Below, in pieces: positions 19,633-29,944 of a stretch of 64,000 bases of DNA. Numbering within the stretch: position 1 is the first letter of the stretch; every line of letters starts with the position of its first letter. Under the pieces are notes generated by a model, which saw nothing but the letters and a program-made list of their open reading frames with translations, made no database searches and had not been told where the DNA came from. The DNA is from Candidatus Latescibacterota bacterium (lineage in GTDB: Bacteria > Latescibacterota > UBA2968 > UBA8231): contig OY730476.1 in the NCBI GenBank assembly GCA_963422735.1, positions 2,656,001 to 2,720,000 of the forward strand, in the 5' to 3' direction. A program made the position numbers and the translations under genes.

Positions 19633-20715
19633 ATGAAACTCGGCACCTTTATGATGCCCTTGCATCCCCCGGAAAAAGACCGCACCGAATGCTTTGCCGA
19701 AGATGTCGAGTTCGTCGTCCGCGCCGATCAGCTCGGCTTCACCGAGGCTTGGGTCGGCCAGCACCACACCGTCGCCTGGGAGCCGATTCCGTCCAACGAC
19801 CTCTTCATCGCCCACGTCCTGCCCCTGACGCAAAACATCCGCTTGGGCACCGGCGTCTCCATCATGCCACAGCACCACCCGGTCAATGTCGCGGTGCGGC
19901 TGGCCTTCCTCGACCACCTGTCCGAAGGCCGCTTCAACTGCGGTTTTGGCCAAGGTGGCGTCGCCACCGACTGGGGCCTTTTCGACCTGCCCGATCCCAA
20001 GACGCAAGGGCTGATGACCGTCGAGAGCATCGACATGGTCCTCAAGCTCTGGCAGGCGGAGGCCCCTTTTGACTTTGCGGGCGATTTCTACCGCATCAAA
20101 ATTGAGGAGCCGCAACCCGAACTCGGCATCGGCCAACTGCTCAAGCCCTACCAGCAGCCGCACCCGCCCATTGGCATGAGCGTAATCAGAGGCGACTCCA
20201 TGGCCGCGACTATGGCGGGCCAGCGGGGCTATCTGCCCATCAGCACCAACCTCGTCGCTCCTTCGACCTTGACCCAGCACTGGCAGACCTACAGCGCCGG
20301 GGCCACCGATGCCGGTCTGCCCGCGCCCGAGCGCACTCGCTGGCGCATCTCGCGCAGTATCCTCGTCGCCGATGACGAAGCCCGCGCTTGGGACTACGCC
20401 CTCGACGAGAAAAGTGCTTTCAACCGCGCCTTTGAATACCTAATCGCCGTACTCAGCAGTGCCAAAATGCTCTACATTACGAAGCACGACCCGGAGGTTC
20501 CCGACGAGGAGGTCACGCCCGAGTATCTGATCAGGAATCTGTGCATAATAGGCAGTGTCAAGTCGTGCGTAGATCAGCTAGCGGGTTTGTGGGAGACGAC
20601 CGGGGGCTTCGACACGCTGCTGATGATCGCCCACGACTGGGACGACCGGCCGCTATGGGAGCGCTCAATGGACCTGCTCGCTAACCAAGTCGTGTCGCAA
20701 TTGCCTGCGGTATAG
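19633..20715 (+). CDS. Luciferase-like (LLM class) flavin-dependent monooxygenase
   Basis: AGGAGG RBS; ADQLGFTEAWVGQHH, IRLGTGV, LDHLSEGRF, KPYQQPHPPI. Confidence 0.92.
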   Translation: MKLGTFMMPLHPPEKDRTECFAEDVEFVVRADQLGFTEAWVGQHHTVAWEPIPSNDLFIAHVLPLTQNIRLGTGVSIMPQHHPVNVAVRLAFLDHLSEGRFNCGFGQGGVATDWGLFDLPDPKTQGLMTVESIDMVLKLWQAEAPFDFAGDFYRIKIEEPQPELGIGQLLKPYQQPHPPIGMSVIRGDSMAATMAGQRGYLPISTNLVAPSTLTQHWQTYSAGATDAGLPAPERTRWRISRSILVADDEARAWDYALDEKSAFNRAFEYLIAVLSSAKMLYITKHDPEVPDEEVTPEYLIRNLCIIGSVKSCVDQLAGLWETTGGFDTLLMIAHDWDDRPLWERSMDLLANQVVSQLPAV

Positions 20716-20807
20716 GGAAATGTAATTTTGGACTTCCTCTGCCCGCGAATTCCCCGTAAGCCGAAGCATAAATCAGCTACTGCATAGCAGACTTGAGGGG
20801 CGATAAT

Positions 20808-21372
20808 ATGCCCGAAACGATTCTCGACAGATGGGATATGACCCCAGAAGAGCTTACGGAGCTAGTAGAGGAAAATTCTAGCCTCCGAGGCATGATTTTG
20901 GGGACTTGGCAGAACTCAAGCTCGAAAAACTCTGGCTGTCGGGCGACAACGTTTCAGAGATTACCAAGCACGATGACCACGATAGGAAGAAGAAAGGCGA
21001 CCGAGTCATCCGGTACAAGGGCCAAGAGTTCATCTTTGAATCGAAATCGCTACAGAGCGCGATGATCGAGAAGACCGAAGAAGGATAGAAGGGAAAGACT
21101 CAAGTCGATGCGAGTGATCGCCGGGAGATAGTGCTTCCAGATAACAGCCTCTCAACAACAACGTGTCTGTATATTCTCGCCGTCAACGTATTTGCGTTTG
21201 AAGAGAAGTGGCGGTTTGTCTTCGCCAAGAACTCGGACCTTCCTACGTCTAGTTACCGGAAGCACACTCCATATCAGTGCCCGCATCTTTTGGCGACCCT
21301 TGGCCTCCGAGACCGCCATTCGGCGATGAGCCTTTCACGCTTATGAATGAGATTATTCAGAAGCGCATCTGA
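20808..21372 (+). pseudogene. Probable type II restriction endonuclease, inactivated
   Basis: Three consecutive ORF pieces join into SLRGMILG(Y)LAELKL..DDHDRKKKGD..FESKSLQ (PD-(D/E)xK-like); frameshift near 20903, TAG at 21086; convergent with a methyltransferase. Confidence 0.65.
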
Positions 21373-22113
21373 TGCGCGGTTTTTCCCTTGGGAACTTTTA
21401 CAAATACGAGAAAGTAGGAATGATTTTTCTAGCGTGGACCTGTTTGAGAACGCGGCTCATTCCAGGTTTGTTCGGGCGAACGACAACGAATAAATCTTTG
21501 CAGAAGAATCCAAGCTCGGCGTAGGCTTTGACGATCTCAACGTGGGTCAAGTTCTGGCGGTTCGCGCTGACCTCATCTTGACACTTTGCGATCAATACGC
21601 CTCGGTCGCGCAGCACTCGGTGGGCCTCGCGACCGCTATCCTCATAGAGTTCTACAACCGCAGCGTACCACTTCCCGCCGCCGCGCCTTGGTGCCTCATG
21701 CCCGTTGGAATAGTGGTCTCGAAAGGCATTGTGTGTCCCCGCGCCTGCTTTGATCGCGTTTCTACTGCGGAAGAATCCTTCCATGTAGGGCGGGTCGAGG
21801 ACGAGCGCATCGAATGACTCACTTTCATACGAGAGATTGCGACAGTCTGTGCCATCCGCGATATCTGACGGATGCAAGTCGTACTTTGAAGTATCGATGT
21901 TGCGCCAGAAGATGCCCTTGCCAAATGTCACATCGGCAATTTTGGCCCCTCCTCGATGTGCAGCCTTAAAACAGCCGGGAACACATCCGCGTTGTTTTTG
22001 ACGTAAGCGGAGAATACTAGGTTTGTCGTGGCGTTTCCATCTGGACTTTTCCGACCAGATGGTGTCCTGCCCCCGCTCATGCCAAAGTCAAGCTCTGGCT
22101 GACTCGAGTTCAT
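21357..22113 (-). pseudogene. Amino (N6A/N4C) DNA methyltransferase, frameshifted
   Basis: [11 protein letters not shown] motif and LDPPY catalytic motif; frameshift near 21945 and a probable second in the HARK(NHSYF) tail near 21425. Confidence 0.75.
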
Positions 22114-22481
22114 GTCCTTTTTCTTGCTCCACTTTGTTAGCGGGCGCATTCTCCACTCTCCTAATTAGCAATAGTTCGGACATTTTTTTATGATTGGCCA
22201 CACAAGGCACAAAAACGGTCCCAAGTTCGCGTCCTTGGTGGATAAACCCTTGAGCGTCATAGCTCCAAGAACTGTCCGAACTATTGAATTAACTGAGCCA
22301 CATTGGTTTGCGTTGGCATTGGACAGACTTAAATTCACCGCGCCTGTCCTGCCTGAAGCAGGCGCGACAGGCCAAGAGGGGTTTGCAGACAGCTTCTAAG
22401 ATGCCTCTATCGACCTGTTAAAGCCTTCGCCTGTCGGCCTAATGCGATCATCCTCTGCAATGGACCGTAGCTGGGGCCTTG

Positions 22482-22860
22482 CTAAGAGCGCTGGATTGAC
22501 TCGAAAGCGTAGGCTGCGTAGCACTGCATGGACCGCAGCTTGGCCTCGGTGTCGGGCCGAGTGACGGACTTGAAGGCAATGTAGCGTCGCTCGGGAAACT
22601 TGCCGTAGGCCGCGTGAAAGAGGCTGTGGTGGAAAAAGACCACGTCGCCGGGCATTGTTTCCACCGCGCAGGAAGAGATGTCCTCGCCCCTCGCCCCGAA
22701 GCTGTCGCCGATCGTGCCGTCCTTGAAATGATGGGCTTGTAAGGGCCACAACCACTCGTGGAAGGGCATGCGATGCGAACCGGGGATTACCCGCAGCGCG
22801 CCCTGCTCTTTGGTGGTAGGCGTCAGGTAAATCATCACTTTGAGCCGCCGATACTCAGTC
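22482..22860 (-). pseudogene. Phytanoyl-CoA dioxygenase family fragment (C-terminal half)
   Basis: GALRVIPGSH and PGDVVFFHHSLFHAA; N-terminus absent. Confidence 0.7.
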
Positions 22861-22864
22861 TCTC

Positions 22865-23268
22865 GTGGCCGACGCCATGGCCGAGGTTGGCTTGGACCCC
22901 GAAACTATGGATCGCTACCCGCACGAGTTTTCCGGCGGTAAGCACCAGCGCATTGCCATTGCCCGCGCCATGGTCCTCAAGCCGTGCTTCGTGGCCCTCG
23001 ACGCGCCAACCGGCGCTTTGAACAAAACAGGGCAGGCGCAGATCGTCGAGCTTTTACTCCAACTCCAGCACCGCCACGGCTTGGCGTATCTGTTCATCAG
23101 TCGCGACTTGAAGGTGGTCCGCGCCTTGGCGAGGAACTGATTGTGATGAAGGACAGCCGAGTGGTTGAGCAGGGGCCGGCGCAGCGGATTTTCTCTGCGC
23201 CGCAGGCCGCTTATACGCGAGAACTGTTCGCGGCGGCTTTTGATATTGAGACCCGACGCGGAAGATGA
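22865..23268 (+). pseudogene. Peptide ABC transporter ATPase (YejF/DppF-like) C-terminal fragment
   Basis: RYPHEFSGGKHQRIAIARA, degenerate Walker B (LDAPT) and H-loop (ISRDL), frameshift near 23130, no N-terminus. Confidence 0.8.
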
Positions 23269-23328
23269 GTAGATGGCGGCTCATAGCCTGCATGGACGCG
23301 GCCCGACGAGGCTCTTAAATTTGCCGCT

Positions 23329-24159
23329 ATGACTTCTACACCTTGGATCCCAGTCGAAGCTCCGATTGACCAAATCCTCACCCAGTACCCCGAGCCGCTG
23401 ATCGCCCTAGCGCGCGGCGAGGTGCCGGCCTTTGTGCTGCGCCAGCACTACAACCCCGCCCATTGCCGGGCACTGATGCGGCGCTTCTACGAGCGCAGCC
23501 TGCTCTACGACCCCCACGAGGTCGGCGACGGTCAAGCGCGTCGCGTTGATATTGGCACTAGTTTTGGCCACCACCACCGCGACCGCGACAAGTTCCACGC
23601 CCACTCCGCGGCGACGCTGGCGTTGTTCGAGACCCTCTTCGACGGCTATGATGATCCGGTCCGCACTATGTACGACGCCCTTGCCCAGCTCGCGCCCGGC
23701 AAAGCGGTCAAGACCGCGCGAGAGCCGGACGGTCGCCTCTACGGTCCGGCCATCTTCCGCTTCTATCACCGGGATACCGGCCACGGCCCGCACTACGACT
23801 CCGTCGCCAAGAGAACGCAAGCTTTCGAGTACCAGATTTCGCGTTTCAAATACCAGTTTGCCGGGGTTTTCTGCTTCCAGAATAGCACCAAAGAAGGCGG
23901 CACCGGTGAGCCGTACCTGTACAACTGTCCCTTTCGCCCTGCGCTCACCGAGCATCTAGGACGCGAGCGATTTGCTGCCTATGTCGCCCGCGAGAGCATC
24001 GAGCGCGTCCAAGTCCAGCTCGAACCCGGCGACCTCTACTTTTTCTTTAGCGAAAATATCCACGAGGTGCCCGCCATAGTCGGCGACCAGCCCCGGGCGG
24101 TGCTGGCTATCTTCTTTGCTATGTCCCCGGACGACGACGAGATCTACGTCTGGTCTTGA
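23329..24159 (+). CDS. Putative 2OG-Fe(II) oxygenase-fold protein
   Basis: FRFY..GPHYD (HxD) and PGDLYFF..NIHEV..R distal His/Arg motif. Confidence 0.65.
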   Translation: MTSTPWIPVEAPIDQILTQYPEPLIALARGEVPAFVLRQHYNPAHCRALMRRFYERSLLYDPHEVGDGQARRVDIGTSFGHHHRDRDKFHAHSAATLALFETLFDGYDDPVRTMYDALAQLAPGKAVKTAREPDGRLYGPAIFRFYHRDTGHGPHYDSVAKRTQAFEYQISRFKYQFAGVFCFQNSTKEGGTGEPYLYNCPFRPALTEHLGRERFAAYVARESIERVQVQLEPGDLYFFFSENIHEVPAIVGDQPRAVLAIFFAMSPDDDEIYVWS

Positions 24160-24170
24160 TTTTCCGTAGC

Positions 24171-25538
24171 CTAAAAAACCCGCACCACCGTTCCGCGCTC
24201 CGCCGCCAGCCGTTCTTCTACCGCTTCCTTAGTAACCGGATTCTCCGGCCACTCCTCGGGTGCCACGTGCGACAGCCGCAACAACAGCCGCGCTAGCTGC
24301 CCGACGTATTCTTTTAACTCCCGCACGTTGAGCTTGTCGGCGGTGTCGGCTGGTTCGTGGTGGTAGTTGGAATCGGCATGCCGGCCGCTAAAGCGCCAGC
24401 GCCATAGATGCGCCGCGTCAATGCCCGTGCGCAAAAAGGGAAAATGGTCTGAAGTCGCGTCGAGTTGGGACATCACGTGGCACTTTAGCCCGCCGCCCAT
24501 CGCATCGAGTTGCGTTTGCACCAAGCCACGCAAATGCCCAAACGCCAGCACCACCCCCTTGATCGGCCCGGTCGATAGCTCGTCGAGATTGATCGCTATC
24601 CTCGGTTTTGCGACGCAATGTTGCCGCACGTATTCGATTGACCCTTGGAACATCTGCTCTTCGGCGCTGTACGTTGCAAAGCACAGGCTCATCCCCGGCT
24701 CGACTCCTAGCGCCGATTTTAGCCCAGCCAATACCCGCGCCGTCTCCAGCACCGCAATGGTCCCCGAGGCATTGTCGTTGCCCCCCGGTGCGCCGTAAAC
24801 CGTGTCGTGGTGCCCGCCCAACATCAGCCGCTCCCTAGGCCACCGCGCCCCGGGAATCGAGGCGACCACATTGTGCGCCGATGCCTGGTAAAACCGGCTC
24901 TCAACCGCCAGCTTGAGCCGCTGGCCCTCACTGGCCCACTTCTGCAACAGTGCCCCGTGTTCCCGCGAGGTCGTCACCGCTGGAATGGGCAACTCGGCGG
25001 TCTCCGGCTCGCGCCAATCGCCTCCGTTGTGGTACTCCACCCGCCGCCCGTCCTTTGGATCAATCGCCACCACTGCCACCGCGCCAGCGTCGAATAGCGT
25101 TTCGAGCCGTACATTGGGCGGAGAGGGCGCGGTAAAAGGCTCCAGCGCTAGGTGCATCACCGCGATGCTCCCTTTGAGTTGGCCGCGCACCCTGTCGATT
25201 TCGTGCTCCGTACCATATCCGGCATTGATGATCGGGGCTTCGAGGTCGCACGGCGGACAGCGATTATAGGGCAAGAGGTCAATCTCCAGATCCCCCACCG
25301 TTGCCTCTGCCCGTTTGTACGTCCAAGCATCCAACGCAAACTCCTCCAGCGCCGCATCGGTCAGTCCCGCCTGTGCAAACTGCTCCCGTAGGTACTCTAC
25401 CGCTTGGCGCTCCCCTTCCGAAGAAGCCCAGCGCGGCCCGATCTGCTCGCACAACACCTCCACGTGTTCGCCGATCTGCGAGCCGGTCCAAGCCTCGCCA
25501 AAAACCCAGCGGTCGATTTCCCGCCAATTCAGTTCCAT
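24171..25538 (-). CDS. M28 family metallopeptidase with PA domain
   Basis: GGHHDTV, GGNDNASG, SAEE, INLD, SDHFPF, YHHEPADTADKL. Confidence 0.9.
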   Translation of the reverse strand: MELNWREIDRWVFGEAWTGSQIGEHVEVLCEQIGPRWASSEGERQAVEYLREQFAQAGLTDAALEEFALDAWTYKRAEATVGDLEIDLLPYNRCPPCDLEAPIINAGYGTEHEIDRVRGQLKGSIAVMHLALEPFTAPSPPNVRLETLFDAGAVAVVAIDPKDGRRVEYHNGGDWREPETAELPIPAVTTSREHGALLQKWASEGQRLKLAVESRFYQASAHNVVASIPGARWPRERLMLGGHHDTVYGAPGGNDNASGTIAVLETARVLAGLKSALGVEPGMSLCFATYSAEEQMFQGSIEYVRQHCVAKPRIAINLDELSTGPIKGVVLAFGHLRGLVQTQLDAMGGGLKCHVMSQLDATSDHFPFLRTGIDAAHLWRWRFSGRHADSNYHHEPADTADKLNVRELKEYVGQLARLLLRLSHVAPEEWPENPVTKEAVEERLAAERGTVVRVF

Positions 25539-25550
25539 CGCGTCCCTTTC

Positions 25551-25635
25551 TTAGTGGTTAGTGGTTAGTGGTTAGTCCTCCTTCCCCTAGGGCGGCGTGG
25601 GGGCTGGCCACTGGCCACTGGCCACTAACCACTGA
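25551..25635. repeat. Heptamer tandem repeats in inverted arrangement
   Basis: (TTAGTGG)x3-4 followed by complementary (CTGGCCA)x3-CTAACCA-CTGA. Confidence 0.8.
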
Positions 25636-25742
25636 TTTGCCATAGGATACTCAAATGTTGTTCCTCGACCAAAGGGGCGTTAGATTTCCCCAATATGGAC
25701 CCTTAGAACTCGGATTTTCCACGGTTTTGAAAGGTGCCACCG

Positions 25743-28331
25743 ATGAATATCCGCACGAAACTCTTCTCGCGCTTTGCGGTGGTCAGTGCAGTGCTTTGGT
25801 CGAATGGGGCCGAGGATTTGCTGGCTCAAGCAGGCCATCGGATCGACCGCAGTGCGAACCAAGTCGTCGTCGGACCCGACCACTGGGGACACTGGGAATT
25901 TGCACCCGGTACCATCCAGATTTCCCCACTCGGAGAAGTGCGGCCCAAGCGCGTTCGCAAAAACACCAACTCCGCGCTGGATATCGTCGATTTTCTGCGC
26001 TATAATCCTCCAGATTACCTCTCCAAGAAAGAGCCTGAAGACATCTCCCTCCTCGACGCCATTCAGGGTGGCTCCAACCGCGAAGGGGTCGTCGCCGCCC
26101 TAGACGGCGATTTGACCACGTACTGGGAACCCGATCCGGTCGATGAGAATGTATATCTGTCGTCTCAGTGGTGGTTTACCGTGGATTTGGGCCGCGTTGT
26201 CTTCATTGACAAAATCGCGCTAAAATTCGTCGAAGAGGGAATGGGCGATCCCTTTCTTTTATTTGATGTACTGGTGTCGGACGGACAGAAGCCAGTACAG
26301 GCAATCGGCGGGTCGAGCCTTGAGTTCTTTCCGGTGCTCCAGACGCTAAAGCCCAACAAAAGCCAGCGAACCTTTGAAGTCGAACTCGACCCGGTGGGGC
26401 TCGACCAGCGCCGGGCTGTGGGGCGCTTTGTCCAGGTGGTCGTGCAGGCCAGCGATTTTGGCCGCGGGCGAGAAGTCTCCTTAGGGGAATACGGCCAGCT
26501 ACCCGCCGAGGACCAAGGAATCGTCGAATATAGCAAGCGCCAAGCCGACGGGCGGGAGATCGTGGTCAAACAGGAAGTGTACGAGGCCCTCGATCCTCAG
26601 CGGCGAGGGGCGATACGCTACTTTCGGCGCGAGCGGCCCCGGTTGGCCGAACTCGAAGTCTGGACCCAAGGCGACGACTTGGCCGGTGGGGTCTTGCGGC
26701 GCAATGGCTCCATTTCTACCACGGTGCCTGGCAGCATCAATCCCCAACTGATGATCGACGGCGATGTGACCAGCGTAGAGGGACTGTCCCTCTTCAACAT
26801 CGAGAATCGGTTAGAGGACGAGTTGTTCATTGACTTGGGTTCATTCTTCTGGATCCACAGCCACAGGATGAGTTTCACGGAGTATGCCCTTGGGAACTAT
26901 CGGTTGGAATTTTCGGACGGTTCGCGGGAAGTAGATGGGGGCCTCGAGTGGAAAACTGCCGTGCGGCGCGAGCAAGTAAAGCGGAGCGTCGCCGGGGCCA
27001 TCAGCGTCGATGGCAATGACTTCGACCCGATAAAGGGGCGCTTTTTTCGCCTGGTGTTTGAAGTAGAACATGTGCGCCTTCCCAACCGAAGCGCTAGCCG
27101 GTTGAGCGAGATACAACTTTTTGGCGAGGGGTTTTTGCCAGAGGTGCAGCTCGAATCGGACCTGATCCGGTTGGGGGGCAGCCGCAACTTGGTCTCCCTC
27201 GAGTGGGACGCTCACACGCCTCCCGGCACCGAGGTACAGCTTCAGACCCGCACCGGCGACACCTTGGGCGAGATCTTGCACTACTTCAAAAAGGATGGAA
27301 CCGAGATCTCCGAAACGGCCTACAACAAACTATTGAGCATTTTTCGCGGCGAGATTGTGTCCGAGGAAGTCGCCGGCGCAGACTGGGAACCGTGGAGTGT
27401 ACCCTACGACGAGCCGGGCGGCAGCCCCATCACTTCGCCATCGCCGCGGGAGTTTCTCAAGGTGCGGGCTACGTTGCGCTCGGCAGCACCGGATGTGGCG
27501 GCGAGTCTGTCCGGGCTGCGGCTGCACTTCGCCGAGCCGGTGGCGCGGCGGCTCTTGGGGGAGGTCGTGCCCAGTCAGGTGGATCGGCTGGGGGCCGAGG
27601 CACCTTTTTCAGTGTATGTGCGACCCGAGTTTGGCGCAGGGGATGGGGGGTTCAACGAGTTGTTGTTGGAGGCACCGGCGGGCATGGAGCTAACGTATGA
27701 CGGATTGTTGGGGAGCGCGGACGGGGAGGATTTCTCACCATTGGCGGCGGAGGTGCTGGCCGCGGCGGCGGACCAGGTGCATTTGTCCTTTGCCTCGATG
27801 GAGCCGGGGAGCGAAGTGACGGTGTTGCGGATAGACTTTGCGGGGCGTCTGTTTTCCCGCGGTGGGCCTCTAAAAGTACAACTGCGTCAAGGAGAAGATG
27901 GGGAGGGGATCTGGCAGCGCGTCGATCGAGGGGAAGCGGTGGAGACTGTCGGCAGCAATCGGCTATTGGTGGTGGGGCAGCCGCAGCGGCGCTCGATTTT
28001 TGCGGATTTGGTGGTCGAGCCAGCGATATTGACGCCGAATGGGGATGGGGTCAACGACGAGGTGGCGTTGCGCTTTTCAGTGGTGTTAGTGGAGGGCAGT
28101 CAGCGGGTGGAGGCGACTATCTACGATTTGAGGGGACGCTTGGTGCGCCAGCTAGCCGAGCAGCGGGATTTTGCCTCGGGGATTTACGAAATGAGGTGGA
28201 ACGGAAGGAACGAAAAGGGAACGCTCGTGCCGCCGGGTGTGTACGTGATGCATTTGCGGCTGGATGCCAATACGTCGGGAGCTGAGCTGCGCGAGGAGGA
28301 ATTGGTCCGCACCCTAGCAGTAGCCTATTAG
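25743..28331 (+). CDS. Large secreted protein with discoidin-like domains and C-terminal TPNGDGVND/FlgD-Ig domain (paralogue A1)
   Basis: Signal-like N-terminus; two DGD..T / DLG / EL(I)EV discoidin-like motif sets; IYDLRGRLVR..WNGRNEKG..VPPGVY. Confidence 0.8.
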   Translation: MNIRTKLFSRFAVVSAVLWSNGAEDLLAQAGHRIDRSANQVVVGPDHWGHWEFAPGTIQISPLGEVRPKRVRKNTNSALDIVDFLRYNPPDYLSKKEPEDISLLDAIQGGSNREGVVAALDGDLTTYWEPDPVDENVYLSSQWWFTVDLGRVVFIDKIALKFVEEGMGDPFLLFDVLVSDGQKPVQAIGGSSLEFFPVLQTLKPNKSQRTFEVELDPVGLDQRRAVGRFVQVVVQASDFGRGREVSLGEYGQLPAEDQGIVEYSKRQADGREIVVKQEVYEALDPQRRGAIRYFRRERPRLAELEVWTQGDDLAGGVLRRNGSISTTVPGSINPQLMIDGDVTSVEGLSLFNIENRLEDELFIDLGSFFWIHSHRMSFTEYALGNYRLEFSDGSREVDGGLEWKTAVRREQVKRSVAGAISVDGNDFDPIKGRFFRLVFEVEHVRLPNRSASRLSEIQLFGEGFLPEVQLESDLIRLGGSRNLVSLEWDAHTPPGTEVQLQTRTGDTLGEILHYFKKDGTEISETAYNKLLSIFRGEIVSEEVAGADWEPWSVPYDEPGGSPITSPSPREFLKVRATLRSAAPDVAASLSGLRLHFAEPVARRLLGEVVPSQVDRLGAEAPFSVYVRPEFGAGDGGFNELLLEAPAGMELTYDGLLGSADGEDFSPLAAEVLAAAADQVHLSFASMEPGSEVTVLRIDFAGRLFSRGGPLKVQLRQGEDGEGIWQRVDRGEAVETVGSNRLLVVGQPQRRSIFADLVVEPAILTPNGDGVNDEVALRFSVVLVEGSQRVEATIYDLRGRLVRQLAEQRDFASGIYEMRWNGRNEKGTLVPPGVYVMHLRLDANTSGAELREEELVRTLAVAY

Positions 28332-29854
28332 CGCTCGTCTCGTGCAAAAAGCTGCTGACTACGCGCTCGATGCTTTTGGCTCTCTTCGAGCAGACCGAGC
28401 GCTTCGCAAGCATCGCCCAAGTAGAGGTGTCCGCGCCCATCTTCGGGCTCCAACTCGACAAAGCGTTGGTAGGCGGTCCGAGCCGCAGCAAAGTCTCCGA
28501 GCTGGGCATGGGCTACCCCTAGGTTGAAGTGGGCTTTGGCGTATTGGGGGGCGAGGGCTGTGGCTTGGGTAAAAAATCGTGCGGCTTCTTTGAACTGGTG
28601 CTTCTGGGCGGCGATCAAACCGAGTGAGTAGGGAGGCTCGACGAGGGAGGTGTCGAGTTGGCCTGCCTTGGCAAAGGTTTGGGCCGCCCTTTCGAGTAAT
28701 CCCGACTGATAGTGAGCATTGCCCAGAAGTACGTACAGAACGGGATTTTCTGGATCTAGCTCGATGGCCCGCTGGAAATACCGGGCCGCCCGTTTGTGCC
28801 GGCCTTGCTCGGCGAGGAGAAGGCCGAGGCCGATATGGGCGTCTTTGTGATCGGGTTTGATTTCGACTGCGCGACGAAACTCTAACAAAGCTTGGTCCGT
28901 TTCGCCGACCATCTGGTGCTTCAAACCCATGTTGTAGTGATCCCGCGCCGAGCCGATGGAGAGCGACTTGTGCGTCGGCGGGGAGATTTCGGAGTGCAAA
29001 CCCCGGTGCTGCTGGCGCAGGCTTTCGGAACGCGCCATTTCTCGCTTGCCCTCTTTGCGGCGGCCCAGGCGGAGATAGATATTGCCGAGGTTGAGGCGGA
29101 GCTTGGGCGAGTCGGGGTTGAGTTTGGTGGCCTTGAGTAGCACCTGCAAAGCCGCCTCATTATCGCCCATATCGCGATGGGCCAGTCCCAAGAGAAAGTG
29201 CGCTTCGGCGTCCTGCGGGTCAAAGCGCACCGCTTTTTTAAAGGCCCCAGCCGCCTCGGGCGGAAACCCTTTTTCCCGGTAGATTTTGCCCAATTTCTTG
29301 TAGGCCGGTGCCAAGGTGGAATCCGCCTCTAAGGCCGCAGTGTACGCTGCTTGGGCCTTTTCTGCTTCTTTGCGATAGCCGTGCAGTAAGCCCAAGTTGT
29401 AGTACGCCGTTGAGCGGTGGGGGTCGAGCGCGGTCGATTGCTCAAAGGCGGCCCGCGCTGCTTCGACATCGCGGTACTGGTTTTGGCTATACGCTCTGGA
29501 AGTGTGTCGGGCCGTGTGGATGATGCCGAGAATTTCGTACAACTCGGCGCGCGTCTGGTTTTTTTGCGGGGCTAGTTCAATCGCGTGTTCGATCGCACGC
29601 AGGGCTTGGGGGAATTTGCCCAGTGCTAGGTAGGAGCGAGCGAGGTAGTGGTGGACCTCGTAATCGTCGGCTCGGTCGGCTAGCGCCTTGTGAAAGGCGA
29701 CGATGGCTTCGCTGTAGCGCTCCTGCGCCAAGGCGTACATCCCGGCGCGGATCAAGGGGTCGCGCTCCTTGGGGCTACAGGCGCAGATGAGGAGACAAAA
29801 GGCGGCCCCCAGCCAAGGCGAGACCTTTTTGCAGGACAGGTGAAAGCGGGCCAT
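28328..29854 (-). CDS. Tetratricopeptide repeat protein, probable lipoprotein
   Basis: LLICAC lipobox-like motif; many AYYNLG/AHFNLG TPR units. Confidence 0.9.
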   Translation of the reverse strand: MARFHLSCKKVSPWLGAAFCLLICACSPKERDPLIRAGMYALAQERYSEAIVAFHKALADRADDYEVHHYLARSYLALGKFPQALRAIEHAIELAPQKNQTRAELYEILGIIHTARHTSRAYSQNQYRDVEAARAAFEQSTALDPHRSTAYYNLGLLHGYRKEAEKAQAAYTAALEADSTLAPAYKKLGKIYREKGFPPEAAGAFKKAVRFDPQDAEAHFLLGLAHRDMGDNEAALQVLLKATKLNPDSPKLRLNLGNIYLRLGRRKEGKREMARSESLRQQHRGLHSEISPPTHKSLSIGSARDHYNMGLKHQMVGETDQALLEFRRAVEIKPDHKDAHIGLGLLLAEQGRHKRAARYFQRAIELDPENPVLYVLLGNAHYQSGLLERAAQTFAKAGQLDTSLVEPPYSLGLIAAQKHQFKEAARFFTQATALAPQYAKAHFNLGVAHAQLGDFAAARTAYQRFVELEPEDGRGHLYLGDACEALGLLEESQKHRARSQQLFARDER

Positions 29855-29944
29855 TTCCCGCCCGTTTTTTAAGTACAAATGCACGAGTGTCCTGGTTTGT
29901 TGATGCTGTTAGATTGCCGGTCAAATTAACCGAGCAGTTAGTAT

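Noticed and set aside
23125-23145. Selenocysteine or programmed readthrough at the TGA in the ABC ATPase fragment
   Set aside because: The continuation is in a different frame and catalytic motifs are degenerate, so this is ordinary decay.
25551-25635. Possible CRISPR array in the repeat tracts (also 53389-53487)
   Set aside because: Units are 7-bp tandem repeats without unique spacers, and there are no cas genes in the window.
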